Shown here piece after piece: positions 1-10,290 of a stretch of DNA of 42,852 nucleotides (positions are counted from its first letter, which is position 1; each line of letters starts with the position of its first letter). The position numbers and the translations under genes were made by a program. This stretch comes from an uncultured Planctomycetaceae bacterium. GTDB taxonomy: Bacteria; Planctomycetota; Planctomycetia; Planctomycetales; Planctomycetaceae. The notes beneath the pieces are model-generated. The model saw nothing but the letters and a program-made list of their open reading frames with translations, did no database searches and was not told where the DNA came from. Location: the NCBI GenBank assembly GCA_963976765.1, contig CAXBME010000003.1, positions 434,001 to 476,852 on the forward strand, given 5' to 3'.

Positions 1-2
1 TC

Positions 3-2669
3 AAACTGCCGAAAGGAAAACACCGGCTGCTGCTGCGAGGCCGGGGATTGTCGCGACTGTTCATCGACGGAAAGGAACTGCTGGAGAACGGACCGCGAAC
101 GCTCGATTCCGGTGGCCATACGCCGCTGGCCGTCCAGGACGATTACCTCGACCTGGGTCCCGACTTTCGTTTCGCACCACCCGGAAATCGTGATGCCTGG
201 TGCGAGTTTGAATCGACTGGCGGCGAGCACTTCGTGATTCTCGAAACCATGCTCGGGAACATCAAAGGCCGGCTGAAACAACGACCGGAACTCGGAGAAA
301 CTGTTGTCGCGATTTCGTTGGAAGGCAGCGAGAACTGGTCGCTGCTTTCGCCTGGAAAACGCCACGTCGCCTATAACGACAATGGCTGGGCGGTCTTTGC
401 CGCCGAACGCCGCGAGTGGCTCGGTCACGTCAATGCCGCTGCCAGAGCGAAATGCCGCGAAGCCAACAGCGAGTACTGGCACAGGCGCCGCACGGTCGCC
501 GCCGACTGGCTGACAGAAACAGAACCGGTCACGGTTCCCGAACTGTCGGATGGTTACTCTGCAAACAATGAAATCGACCGCTTTATCGCGGCGAGGATCG
601 CCGCCGTTGCCCGCGATTCGAAACAGAGTCAGCAGTCCGAAGTCGACTACTTCAAGGACATTCGACCGTTGCTGGAGAGTCGCTGCTACGACTGCCACCA
701 GGGCGGAAAAGCCGCTGGCGGACTGCGCATTGATGACCACGTATCTGTTCTTCACGGCGGTGAATCCGAAGGACCGGCCATCGTTCCCGGCAAGGCCGAC
801 GAGAGTGCCTTGATCGCTCACGTGACGTCGAAAGACAAAGACATCCGGATGCCGCCCAAAGGAACTCCGCTTTCTGCCGAAGAAATCGCTTTGCTCAAGC
901 ACTGGATCAACAGCGGAGCAGTTTGGCCTCAATTCGATGTGAAGGACTTCGAGCCGACTGAGCTCGCTGATGACCTTGCATTTCTGCGCCGGGTGACGCT
1001 CGACACGGTTGGAGTCACTCCGACAGAAGCCGAAGTCGACGCATTTCTGAAGGACAGTGCGAAGACTCGTCGGGCGGCAGTCATCGATCGGCTGCTGGAC
1101 GATGACCGATGGGCCGATCACTGGATGGGCTACTGGCTCGATGTCCTTGCCGAGAATCCGAATATTATCAATCCGACATTGAACAATACCGGTCCGTTCC
1201 GCTGGTGGCTGTACGAATCGCTGATTGATAATAAACCTGCCGACCTGTTTGTTACCGAGCTGATTCGGATGGAAGGCAGCGAACGATTCGGAGGGCCGGC
1301 CGGATTCGGTACGGCGTCACAGAACGATCTGCCGATGGCGGCCAAAGCGATTATCGTCAGCTCCGCGTTTCTGGGCGTGGAAATGAAGTGCGCCCGTTGC
1401 CACGACGCTCCGGCGCACGTCTCGCAGCAGGAAGAACTTCTTCAACTGGCGGCGCTGCTGAAACAGGGCACGATTCAACTCCCCGAATCAAGCAGTGTAC
1501 CTCCCGGGCGACTGCATCAGACCGGGCGTCAACCTTTGATTGAGGTGACTCTCAAACCCGGTGCCCAGGTCAAGCCAGCCTGGCCGTTCGAGCGTTACTG
1601 CGACGAGTCCGTTGCTGACGGTCTGGCCGAACATCCGGACAACTCGCGCGATCGACTCGCGGCACTCATCACGGCACCGCAGAACGAACGCTTTGCCCAG
1701 GTGATGGTCAACCGCATCTGGCAGCGTCTGATGGGGCGCGGCCTCGTGGTCAATGTCTCGGACTGGGAAAAGGGCGGAGCATCTCATCCAGACCTGCTGC
1801 GCTGGCTGGGTCATCAGTTCGTCGCCTCCGGCTACGACATCAAGGCAGTCAGCCAGCTCATTCTGAACTCGCATGCGTATCAGCGAGCCACCGATCCGAG
1901 GCTTGTTGAAAGCAGTCCGCTCTATGTTTCTCCCGCACCTCGGCGGCTGACGGCCGAACAGATCGTTGACTCCGCCTTCCACGCAACAGGAGCACCATTC
2001 GACCTGGAAGAAGTCAGTCTGGATATCGACAGCGTGCGTGAGACCAGGAACGCGCTCACGCTCGGCAAGCCGCGCCGCTCGTGGATGCTGGCATCCACGT
2101 CCAACGAACGCGATCGTCCCAGTCTCGGACTGCCGCGGGTGACTGCGGTCGCCAGCGTCATGAGAGCATTCGGTTGGCGCGGAGCCCGTCAGGATCCACG
2201 CAGCCTGCGCGACACCGAACCCAACACACTACAACCGGCCATCTTCGCGAACGGAGTTATGAGCGTCTGGCTGACCCGATTGAGCGATCGTCACGGAATG
2301 ACTCAACTTGCCCTGGAAGATCAACCCGTCGAAGCACTGGTCGACCGGATGTTTCTGCGACTGCTGACACGCAGACCGTCACCTGCCGAACGAGATCGTT
2401 ACGTCCGCCTTCTGGCCGAAGGCTACCACACACGCGTGATCCCCGAATCGGAACGAATCAGGCCGACGCCCGGCAAACGGGAGCGCCCGCGTTACGTGAG
2501 CTGGTCCAACCATGTCGATGGCCCGGCCAATACGCTGGCTCTTCAGAACGAAGCCGCCGCCCGGCGCGGCGATCCGCCGACCAATGCCCTGGACAACGAC
2601 TGGCGATTACGAATGGAAGACGCACTGTGGGCCATCCTGAATGCGCCCGAGTGGATTTATACACCCTGA
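3..2669 (+). CDS. DUF1549/DUF1553 (PSCyt2/PSD1) protein with planctomycete cytochrome c domain; 5'-partial
   Basis: Frame is open from position 3 (KLPKGKHRLLLRGRG), so the true start lies outside the window. Haem motifs CYDCH (684-698) and CARCH (1389-1403); DUF1549 motifs NEIDRFI and ADDLAFLRRVTLD...P; DUF1553 motifs VMVNRIWQRLMGRGLV, SHPDLLRWL, RRLTAEQI, LWAILNAPEW. Confidence 0.9.
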   Translation, partial: KLPKGKHRLLLRGRGLSRLFIDGKELLENGPRTLDSGGHTPLAVQDDYLDLGPDFRFAPPGNRDAWCEFESTGGEHFVILETMLGNIKGRLKQRPELGETVVAISLEGSENWSLLSPGKRHVAYNDNGWAVFAAERREWLGHVNAAARAKCREANSEYWHRRRTVAADWLTETEPVTVPELSDGYSANNEIDRFIAARIAAVARDSKQSQQSEVDYFKDIRPLLESRCYDCHQGGKAAGGLRIDDHVSVLHGGESEGPAIVPGKADESALIAHVTSKDKDIRMPPKGTPLSAEEIALLKHWINSGAVWPQFDVKDFEPTELADDLAFLRRVTLDTVGVTPTEAEVDAFLKDSAKTRRAAVIDRLLDDDRWADHWMGYWLDVLAENPNIINPTLNNTGPFRWWLYESLIDNKPADLFVTELIRMEGSERFGGPAGFGTASQNDLPMAAKAIIVSSAFLGVEMKCARCHDAPAHVSQQEELLQLAALLKQGTIQLPESSSVPPGRLHQTGRQPLIEVTLKPGAQVKPAWPFERYCDESVADGLAEHPDNSRDRLAALITAPQNERFAQVMVNRIWQRLMGRGLVVNVSDWEKGGASHPDLLRWLGHQFVASGYDIKAVSQLILNSHAYQRATDPRLVESSPLYVSPAPRRLTAEQIVDSAFHATGAPFDLEEVSLDIDSVRETRNALTLGKPRRSWMLASTSNERDRPSLGLPRVTAVASVMRAFGWRGARQDPRSLRDTEPNTLQPAIFANGVMSVWLTRLSDRHGMTQLALEDQPVEALVDRMFLRLLTRRPSPAERDRYVRLLAEGYHTRVIPESERIRPTPGKRERPRYVSWSNHVDGPANTLALQNEAAARRGDPPTNALDNDWRLRMEDALWAILNAPEWIYTP

Positions 2670-2753
2670 TAGCCCGCAGGATGGCCTCCCAGGTCTGTCG
2701 GTTCTCAATCGACGGCCCCGGAAGTCCATCGCACATTCATGACGAGACTATTC

Positions 2754-4037
2754 ATGAAACGACGACATTTTCTGAAACACACCGCGGCTCTTTCGAGCGC
2801 AGCTTTCGTCGGGGGCAGCACGTTCGCCTCTCCGACGGAGCAACCGGGACTCCCCAAAGGCAAAGCCGAACACGTTGTGTTCCTCTGGCTGGGCGGAGGC
2901 ATGTCGCAGATCGACACGTTCGATCCAAAAAAACGAGGCAACTCCAAAGCATCACCTAAGGTCGCCGGGGCGGAATATGACACCATCGATACTGTCGTCC
3001 CCGGCGTGAAGTTCTGCGAACATCTGCATCGCACGGCAAAGCTCGCCGATCGTCTGACGGCCATGCGAACCATCAACCACCACCTCATCGACGAGCACGC
3101 TTTTGGAACTAACTTCGTTCACACCGGCCGGTTGATCAGCGGCAGCATCACCTATCCGTCCATCGGTTCGATCATCGGACACGTGCGCGGAGCTGCGAAG
3201 CCGGACGTTCCCGCTTACATGTTGATCGGTTATCCCAACGTCAGCCGCGGGCCGGGATTCCTTGGAGCAAAGGGCGGTTACGTTTACCTCGTCGATACGG
3301 AAAGCGGTCCCTCCGGATTCTCGCGTCCGGAAGACGTCACGCCCCAGCGAGTCGAGCGTCGTCGCGAACTGCTGGAGCCGCTGACCAGCCGCGTTCCCAA
3401 AGGGTCGGTTATCGAGCAGTATAAAGCGGCTCAGGCTGAAGCCATGCGACTGGCCGGTCCGGAATTTATGCGACACTTCCGACTGCAGGACGAGCCCGAC
3501 GCTTTGCGAAACTCATACGGCGGTGAGTTCGGCCAACGCTGTCTGCTGGCGCGACGTCTTGTCCAGGCCGGCGTGCGGTTTATCGAGGTATCGCACAATC
3601 TCAATTTCATCAACGGCACCGGCTGGGATACTCATAACGAAGGTCAGCAGAATCAACATCTTCTGATCAAAGAACTCGACGTTGCACTGTCCGCGCTGAT
3701 CAGCGACCTCGAACAGAAGAAAATGCTCGACAAAACGATTATCGTGATCGGCACGGAGTTCGGACGTCCCGCAGCCTACGATGGTCGCGGCGGTCGCGGT
3801 CATCAGGGCAGTTGCTTCAGCCTGCTGCTGGCAGGAGGCGGATTGAATCACCAGGGCGCCTACGGTGTCACTGACGAGCTGAGTAAGAAGATCGTCGAGA
3901 ACCCGGTTTCAGTCCCCGATTTCCACGCAACAATTCACGCGGCACTCGGAATTGACCCGGCTCATGAGCTCTTCGACGGATCGCGACCTGTTCCAATTAC
4001 GGATCGCGGAAAACCTGTCGAAGTACTGTTTGCATAG
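2754..4037 (+). CDS. DUF1501 domain protein, Tat-exported
   Basis: MKRRHFLK twin-arginine signal; [50 protein letters not shown] motifs. Directly downstream of the DUF1553 gene, the usual pairing. Alternative start at 2739. Confidence 0.9.
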   Translation: MKRRHFLKHTAALSSAAFVGGSTFASPTEQPGLPKGKAEHVVFLWLGGGMSQIDTFDPKKRGNSKASPKVAGAEYDTIDTVVPGVKFCEHLHRTAKLADRLTAMRTINHHLIDEHAFGTNFVHTGRLISGSITYPSIGSIIGHVRGAAKPDVPAYMLIGYPNVSRGPGFLGAKGGYVYLVDTESGPSGFSRPEDVTPQRVERRRELLEPLTSRVPKGSVIEQYKAAQAEAMRLAGPEFMRHFRLQDEPDALRNSYGGEFGQRCLLARRLVQAGVRFIEVSHNLNFINGTGWDTHNEGQQNQHLLIKELDVALSALISDLEQKKMLDKTIIVIGTEFGRPAAYDGRGGRGHQGSCFSLLLAGGGLNHQGAYGVTDELSKKIVENPVSVPDFHATIHAALGIDPAHELFDGSRPVPITDRGKPVEVLFA

Positions 4038-4144
4038 CGAGTCATTGCACGGGCGCAATACTGAAATGCCCGGTCGCGGGCACTGCGTCGAGAGCATCCA
4101 TCAGACATTTCGAAACATCCTGAGAACTTCACGAGGCTCATTTA

Positions 4145-5098
4145 ATGAAGTATTTCCCTGAGAATTGTCGCCTGAAGCTGATGATCGCGGTGGCGATCAC
4201 GCTGATTTCTGTAATCACCGCGTCCGACGTTCAAGCCGAACAGAAGACGGTGCGGCTGCTGACGATTGGTAACAGCTTTGCTGAGAACGCACTCACGTAT
4301 CTGCCGCAGATCGTCGAGTCTGCCGGACACAAACTAATCGTCGGGCGCGCCAACCTGGGCGGCTGTACGCTGGAACGTCACTGGAAACATGCCGAGCAGT
4401 TCGAAGCGGATCCAACTGCCAGGGAAGGATCACCTTACGGTGGCGGGAAGCATTCGCTGAAGGATCTGCTCACAAGAGATGAATGGGATTTCGTCACGAT
4501 TCAGCAGGTCAGCTTCAAGAGCCACGATCTGCAGACGTATCAGCCTTTTGCTGACAACCTGTTTGGCTACATTCGCAAACATGCCCCGGACGCGACGATT
4601 CTTGTTCATCAGATCTGGGCCTATCGAATTGATGACCCACGCTTCAAACCAGCCAGCAAAGGCAGAGAACCTCACACACATGCCGTGATGTATCAGCAGG
4701 TTCGCGAGGCGTATCACACACTGGCCGGGAAACTGAATTTGAAACTTCTTCCCAGCGGGGATGCGATGTACCGCGCCGACACAGATAAGAATTGGGGATA
4801 CCGGATTGATAGCCAATTTGACTTCGAGAACGCCACATACCCGAACCTGCCGGATCAGACGCACTCGCTGCACGCTGGCTGGTCCTGGAGGAAGCAGAAC
4901 GATGGCTCACAGGAATTGAGAATGGACGGTCACCACGCGAGTTCAGCAGGCAAGTATCTGCTGGGTTGCGTCTGGTTCGAAACACTGTTCAACGAGAAGG
5001 TCGTTGGAAACCGCTTCGTGCCAAAGGACATTGATTCGAATTACGCAGAGTTCCTGCAGCAGACAGCTCATGTCACTGTTTCCGGCGACTCGCAATAA
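4145..5098 (+). CDS. DUF4886-like SGNH/GDSL-fold esterase, secreted
   Basis: Hydrophobic signal peptide ending VQA; IGNSF (putative catalytic Ser), WDFVTIQQVS and DGHH (DxxH) motifs. Confidence 0.75.
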   Translation: MKYFPENCRLKLMIAVAITLISVITASDVQAEQKTVRLLTIGNSFAENALTYLPQIVESAGHKLIVGRANLGGCTLERHWKHAEQFEADPTAREGSPYGGGKHSLKDLLTRDEWDFVTIQQVSFKSHDLQTYQPFADNLFGYIRKHAPDATILVHQIWAYRIDDPRFKPASKGREPHTHAVMYQQVREAYHTLAGKLNLKLLPSGDAMYRADTDKNWGYRIDSQFDFENATYPNLPDQTHSLHAGWSWRKQNDGSQELRMDGHHASSAGKYLLGCVWFETLFNEKVVGNRFVPKDIDSNYAEFLQQTAHVTVSGDSQ

Positions 5099-5134
5099 AC
5101 ACCTGTGATACGTCCGGAACTGTAAATCGTCAGC

Positions 5135-6067
5135 ATGGAGAATCCCGTGTCATCTTTCGAACCTTGTGGTGTGATTCCTGCCTGTCTGATGCCGTTTCGG
5201 AGTGACCTGTCAATCGACGACGCGGCTTACCGAAGCCACCTCCGGGATCTCGCCTGTGTCGACGGTATATCAGCGATCACGGTCAATGGACACGCCGCCG
5301 AAGTTCACGCGCTGACGTTCGATGAGCAACGGCACGCGCTGGAACTGACGAAACAGGAACTGGGCGACTCGCTCCCGATTGTTGCCGGCGTTTTCACTGG
5401 TAGTAGCCTGGAAGCGGCCCGAATCGCCCGCATGGCATCTGACAGTGGTGCGGATGCGTTGCTCATTTTCCCGCCGGAAACACTGGCGCTCGGCGGGCAA
5501 TTGCGTCCAGAACTGGCAATCGAACATGTCGCACGAATTTCCGACGCCAGCGATCTGCCACTGATCGTCTTTCAGTACCCGCTAGCGAGCGGGCTGGGAT
5601 ATCCGCTCGACACGTTGATCCGTCTCTGCGAACGGTTTCCAACGATTCGGGCGATCAAAGACTGGTGCAACGATCCGCCACTGCACGAGCGACACATCCG
5701 CGAACTGCATGCACTCGATCGGCGCGTCAATGTGCTGTCGACACACAGTGCGTGGCTGCTGGGGTCGCTCGTAATGGGCTGCGACGGCCTGCTGTCCGGA
5801 GCCGGCAGCGTGATTGCCCCTCTGCAGGTCGAACTGTGGCGCAACGTGCGGGAAGGCAATTTGCGAGCGGCTCAGGAAGTCGCCGACCGAATGTATCCAA
5901 TCGTCCGGACGTTCTATCGCGACCCCGTTCTGGATATGCACAACCGGATGAAGGAAGCGCTCGTTTGCCTCGGACGTCTCAGCGAGGCTCATGTGCGACC
6001 GCCGCTGATGAAGTTGACGGACGAGGAGATCGGTCGAATTCGAGGCGTCTTGCGAACTCAACTCTGA
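5135..6067 (+). CDS. Dihydrodipicolinate synthase / N-acetylneuraminate lyase family aldolase (non-canonical subfamily)
   Basis: GVIPACLMPF...D.SID start, GADALLIFPP, Schiff-base Lys in AIKDW, C-terminal MKEAL...VRPPL. The GTTGE motif is replaced by GHAAE. Confidence 0.85.
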   Translation: MENPVSSFEPCGVIPACLMPFRSDLSIDDAAYRSHLRDLACVDGISAITVNGHAAEVHALTFDEQRHALELTKQELGDSLPIVAGVFTGSSLEAARIARMASDSGADALLIFPPETLALGGQLRPELAIEHVARISDASDLPLIVFQYPLASGLGYPLDTLIRLCERFPTIRAIKDWCNDPPLHERHIRELHALDRRVNVLSTHSAWLLGSLVMGCDGLLSGAGSVIAPLQVELWRNVREGNLRAAQEVADRMYPIVRTFYRDPVLDMHNRMKEALVCLGRLSEAHVRPPLMKLTDEEIGRIRGVLRTQL

Positions 6068-6136
6068 CGAGTCTACCTGTTGTTAGAACAACCGGCGATT
6101 ACGCTGATATGCCATTCCTTCCGTCAGACAAAAACC

Positions 6137-8854
6137 ATGAAGACTCCTGCGATTTACGCTGTGTTAGCTGCACTAGGTCTGGCTTTGGTTGCCGAGGCTC
6201 AGGATGTTTCGATGGATCAACGCCATCGCGCCATGCTCAAGTCACATTGCTACCGCTGCCACAACGCAGTTGAGCAGAGCGGTCGGGTTCGGCTGGATGA
6301 TTTGCCGTTCACGATCAATGACATCAGAGCGGCGGAACGCTGGCAGAAGATACTCAACGTGCTCAACTCGGGAGAAATGCCGCCGGAGGACGAGAAGCAG
6401 CTGCCGAATGATGCGAAAACCGATTTCCTTGACGAACTGGCCAACGTCATGGTCGCGGCCCGGAAGCGACTGAGCGATGGGTCCAACACAGGCACGCTGC
6501 GGCGATTGAATCGGCGCGAGTACCAGAACACGCTGCGGGAATTGTTAGGAGTGGACATTCCTGTCGGAGAGCTGCCGGCCGACACGGGCTCCGGCAACTT
6601 CGACACGGTCGGGTCGAACCTGTTCATGTCAGCCAACCAGTTTGAGCAGTATCTGGCAGTGGGACGGCGAGCGCTGAATCACGCTTTCGAGCGGGAACTG
6701 ATGGCGGATGAGGAACGCTACTGGCGTTACGAGACGGAGGCGATTTCGCAGAAAGTCGCGAAGCACGTCGAGTGGCAGGTCGATGCGAAGGACCGAGCGG
6801 AACGCTGGGTTGCCGCCGTCGAGGCGGCCGCGGCGGAACCGAAGATTGCGGAGATCGTGGCGAAACTCCGCGAGGAGGTGAACAACCACGAAGACAACTT
6901 CCGGCGATTGTGGGCGCAGATTCCGGGAGCGCCATCACCGGAGTCCTTCGGATTCCAAACAGTCGAGAACAACGCGGATAAAGCTCACGCAGCCCGTCGC
7001 GCTTACTGGCTGCCTTACCATCAATATTACCTGCAGCAGTCTCACATCGATTCAGGGATGTACCTGGCGATCCCAACCGAACATCCATCGATCCTGGAAA
7101 ACGGGGCCATCACCTGGGCGGTCGGATGGGATGCGAAAACGGGGGGCAAATGGCCGTCCGGCAATTATGTAATTCGCGTTAGCGCTGCTCTGACCGGGCA
7201 CGGAACTCCGGATCGGCGATTCCTGGAATTCGGTGTGAATCCGCGCGGCAGTCAGGCGCTCAGCGTCCACGAAGTCACCGGAACGATGGACAAACCGCAG
7301 GTCATCGAAATCCCCTTCTACTTTGGCGATGCCGACGCCGAGCGGGCCGACCGCACGCTCTACATTCGCGAGAAGGGCACTCACGATCACTTCATGGTCA
7401 CCCGCCTGCTCAAACAGGAAGGGGCGAAGCAGATAGAGATCGGGATTGGACGGCCTTATGCAATGTGGATTGACTGGCTGGAAATGGAGCGGATTCCGGA
7501 TTCGGATCGCAAAACGCCGCCCGGACTGGCCGCACTCGAATCCCTGTCCCTGGACGAGAAGTCGAAAGCCCCTGAGCCTCCGAGCGACGTCGTGCGAAAC
7601 GCTCTGGCTCGATTTACGATGGAAGCATTCCGCGGCCAGGACCCGGACGCGGAGTACATCGATGGTTTGATGCGCAACTACGAATCGCGTCTCGCCGCTG
7701 GTGACCACTTCGTGAACGCGGCAAAGGACAGCCTCGCGATCGCCCTGGCATCGCCCATGTTTCTCTACCTGGCCGAGCCCTCAACCGATCAGAAGCCGCG
7801 TCCCCTGACAGACATCGAACTAGCCACGCGGCTGTCCTATTTCCTATGGGGATCGCAGCCGGATTCTGAACTGCGGGATCTGTCTGAACAGGGACAACTC
7901 TCAGAGCCTGACGTCCTTGCCGCGCAAACCACTCGCCTGTTGGACGATCCGCGTTCGCGCCGCTTCTCGGATTCTTATACCTACCAATGGCTCGGCCTCG
8001 ACCGCCTCGATTTCTTCCAGGTTGATCTGTTGAAACATCGCCGTTTCGACAACGGCACGAAAGCCACGGCTCGCGAGGAAATCTACGAAACGATGGATTA
8101 CCTGCTGCGGGAAAACCTCAGTGTTAGAAACCTGCTTCGCTCAGACTTTGTTGTGATCAACGCCGCCCTTGCCGAGTACTACGAAATCCGAGGCGTGGCG
8201 GGAGATCAGTTTCGACGGGTCACGCTGCCTGCAGACTCTCCTCGCGGAGGCCTGTTGGGCATGGCGGCCGTCAGTCTGATGGGCGGCAACGGCGATGAAA
8301 CCAGTCCGGTCGAACGCGGAGCGTGGGTTCTGCGCAAACTGCTCAACGATCCGCCGCCACCGGCTCCGGCCAACATTCCGCAGATTGCACGTCTGGCAGG
8401 ACAGGTTCTCACAACACGAGAACGATTGCAGGCGCACCAGGAAGAGGCGCAATGCGCCAGTTGTCATCGCCGCATCGATCCCATCGGCATGGGCCTTGAG
8501 AATTTCGATGCGGTCGGCGCCTGGCGCACGGAAAACACCTACATCGTGACCGATGACAATGGGAAGCCCGTCAAAGGCAAGGAAATCACCTGGACCATCG
8601 ACCCGTCCGGCAAACTTCATGACGGTCCGGCTTTCAAAGACTACTTCGAGCTACGCGAGATCCTCGTTTCAAGGCAGGATGATTTCGCTCGCGGGATTGC
8701 CGAAGGATTGATTGAATATGCACTGGGAAGACAAGTGGGGTTTCGCGACGAAGAACTGGTTAACCGCGTCGTCGCCAAAGCGAAGGAACACGATTACGCA
8801 TTTCGCGAGTTTATCCACGCGATCGTTCGCAGCACTGCATTTCACACCCGTTAA
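6137..8854 (+). CDS. DUF1592/DUF1588/DUF1587/DUF1595/DUF1585 planctomycete cytochrome-like protein
   Basis: Sec signal from ATG 6137 (MKTPAIYAVLAALGLALVAEA); CYRCH (6248-6262), GEMPP, LRRLNRREYQNTLRELLG, ELATRLSYFLWGSQPD, RGGLLG, TSPVERG, CASCH (8453-8467), YALGR. Confidence 0.9.
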   Translation: MKTPAIYAVLAALGLALVAEAQDVSMDQRHRAMLKSHCYRCHNAVEQSGRVRLDDLPFTINDIRAAERWQKILNVLNSGEMPPEDEKQLPNDAKTDFLDELANVMVAARKRLSDGSNTGTLRRLNRREYQNTLRELLGVDIPVGELPADTGSGNFDTVGSNLFMSANQFEQYLAVGRRALNHAFERELMADEERYWRYETEAISQKVAKHVEWQVDAKDRAERWVAAVEAAAAEPKIAEIVAKLREEVNNHEDNFRRLWAQIPGAPSPESFGFQTVENNADKAHAARRAYWLPYHQYYLQQSHIDSGMYLAIPTEHPSILENGAITWAVGWDAKTGGKWPSGNYVIRVSAALTGHGTPDRRFLEFGVNPRGSQALSVHEVTGTMDKPQVIEIPFYFGDADAERADRTLYIREKGTHDHFMVTRLLKQEGAKQIEIGIGRPYAMWIDWLEMERIPDSDRKTPPGLAALESLSLDEKSKAPEPPSDVVRNALARFTMEAFRGQDPDAEYIDGLMRNYESRLAAGDHFVNAAKDSLAIALASPMFLYLAEPSTDQKPRPLTDIELATRLSYFLWGSQPDSELRDLSEQGQLSEPDVLAAQTTRLLDDPRSRRFSDSYTYQWLGLDRLDFFQVDLLKHRRFDNGTKATAREEIYETMDYLLRENLSVRNLLRSDFVVINAALAEYYEIRGVAGDQFRRVTLPADSPRGGLLGMAAVSLMGGNGDETSPVERGAWVLRKLLNDPPPPAPANIPQIARLAGQVLTTRERLQAHQEEAQCASCHRRIDPIGMGLENFDAVGAWRTENTYIVTDDNGKPVKGKEITWTIDPSGKLHDGPAFKDYFELREILVSRQDDFARGIAEGLIEYALGRQVGFRDEELVNRVVAKAKEHDYAFREFIHAIVRSTAFHTR

Positions 8855-8880
8855 CAAACATTCCAAAAAGGGAATCTGTT

Positions 8881-10170
8881 GTGAATAACAGACGTCACTT
8901 TCTCCGATCCGGCACGGCGCTGATTGCCCTGCCATTTCTGGAATCCCTTGGCTTTCGTCGATTCGCCTCCGCAACGACAGCACCAGTGCCACCTAAACGA
9001 CTGGTCTTTCTCGGCTTCGGCTGGGGAGTCACCGACGAATCCTGGGTGCCTGACAGGAACACACCGGGTCCAGACTACAAACTGCCGGAGGGACTGAAAC
9101 CGCTGGAAGCTCACAAAGCCGATTTTTCCATCGTCCAGGGAATGTGGAATCAGTTTTCAGTGGAAGGCCACGCGGGAAGCACTTGGTGGTTGTCCGGAGC
9201 GAACAAATTCGGCCAACCGGGCCAGAGCATGCACAACTCCATTTCCGCTGATCAGGTCGCGGCCGAACAACTGGGGATGCACACGCGGTTTTCCTCACTT
9301 CAGTTGAATTGTGGCGAGACGGACTCAAACAGCGGTCATGGTGAAGGACTTTCCATGGCCTGGGATCGGAACGGAAAACCGGTCGCGGGTCTGAATGATC
9401 CCGTCCAGGTCTACCATCGACTGTTTTCGAATGATGATACTCCGATCGAAGAACAGAAGGCTCGTCTCGCCGAAAAACGCAGCGTGCTGGACACCGTGAT
9501 GGGTAACGCAAAAACGATGCAGCGCGGACTTGGCCGGGACGACAACGAGAAACTGGATGAATACTTTCAGAGTATCCGCGACATCGAAACGCGCCTCAGC
9601 AAGGAAGAAACGTGGATCGGCGTTCCGCGACCGAACGCGCCCATTTCGGAACCACGCGGAGGAATGGTGGGCAAAGAAGAAGTCCGTCTGATGTACGACC
9701 TGCTCATCGCCGCGTTTCAGACAGACAGCACGCGCGTGATCACTTATCGCCAACCTGCCGGAAAAGGGTACATGGAAAGCATCGGCGCTGCGGTCCATCC
9801 GCATGACATGAGTCACTATCACTCGACCCGCGGAGAAAAGCTCGCGGCGTCGCAGAATCGCGACCTCACCAACAGCGCGTTGCTGGCGGGACTCATCGAC
9901 AAACTGAAGTCCACTCAGGACGCCAATGGAAGCCGCCTGTTCGACAACATTGCACTGGTCTACGGAAGTAACATTCGCACGGGGCACGAACTCACCAATA
10001 GCCCCACTCTTCTCACAGGTGGCGGAGCCGGAATCAAACTGGGCGAAAACATTGTCCTGCCGAAAGACACACCATTGTGCAACGCCTGGCTGACGCTGCT
10101 CCGGGGGGTTGGCGTCAAGGTTGAACGTCACGGAGACAGCACAGGTATTCTTCCTGAAATCGTTGGTTGA
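8881..10170 (+). CDS. DUF1552 (HXXSHH) protein, Tat-exported
   Basis: NRRHFLR signal, ALPFLES, SADQVAA, TRFSSLQL, SVLD, KLDEYFQSIRDIE, AFQTDSTRV, HDMSHYH. Follows the DUF1592 gene. Confidence 0.9.
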   Translation: MNNRRHFLRSGTALIALPFLESLGFRRFASATTAPVPPKRLVFLGFGWGVTDESWVPDRNTPGPDYKLPEGLKPLEAHKADFSIVQGMWNQFSVEGHAGSTWWLSGANKFGQPGQSMHNSISADQVAAEQLGMHTRFSSLQLNCGETDSNSGHGEGLSMAWDRNGKPVAGLNDPVQVYHRLFSNDDTPIEEQKARLAEKRSVLDTVMGNAKTMQRGLGRDDNEKLDEYFQSIRDIETRLSKEETWIGVPRPNAPISEPRGGMVGKEEVRLMYDLLIAAFQTDSTRVITYRQPAGKGYMESIGAAVHPHDMSHYHSTRGEKLAASQNRDLTNSALLAGLIDKLKSTQDANGSRLFDNIALVYGSNIRTGHELTNSPTLLTGGGAGIKLGENIVLPKDTPLCNAWLTLLRGVGVKVERHGDSTGILPEIVG

Positions 10171-10290
10171 TAAGTAATCATTACCAATCAATTGCTGGTG
10201 AGCCCCAGAGGCGAGGACTCACAAACAATACCGATAGCGAGTGAGTCGCGACCAAAAGCCCGATGTTTCTGATGGTGAATCAAGAACGAC

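Noticed and set aside
2081..2959. 292-aa + strand ORF, and many similar overlapping ORFs (9325-10191, 12196-12963, 17155-17955, 21260-22150, numerous + ORFs in 32485-42660)
   Set aside because: Off-frame or antisense shadows of well-supported genes, expected in GC-rich DNA; no family motifs.
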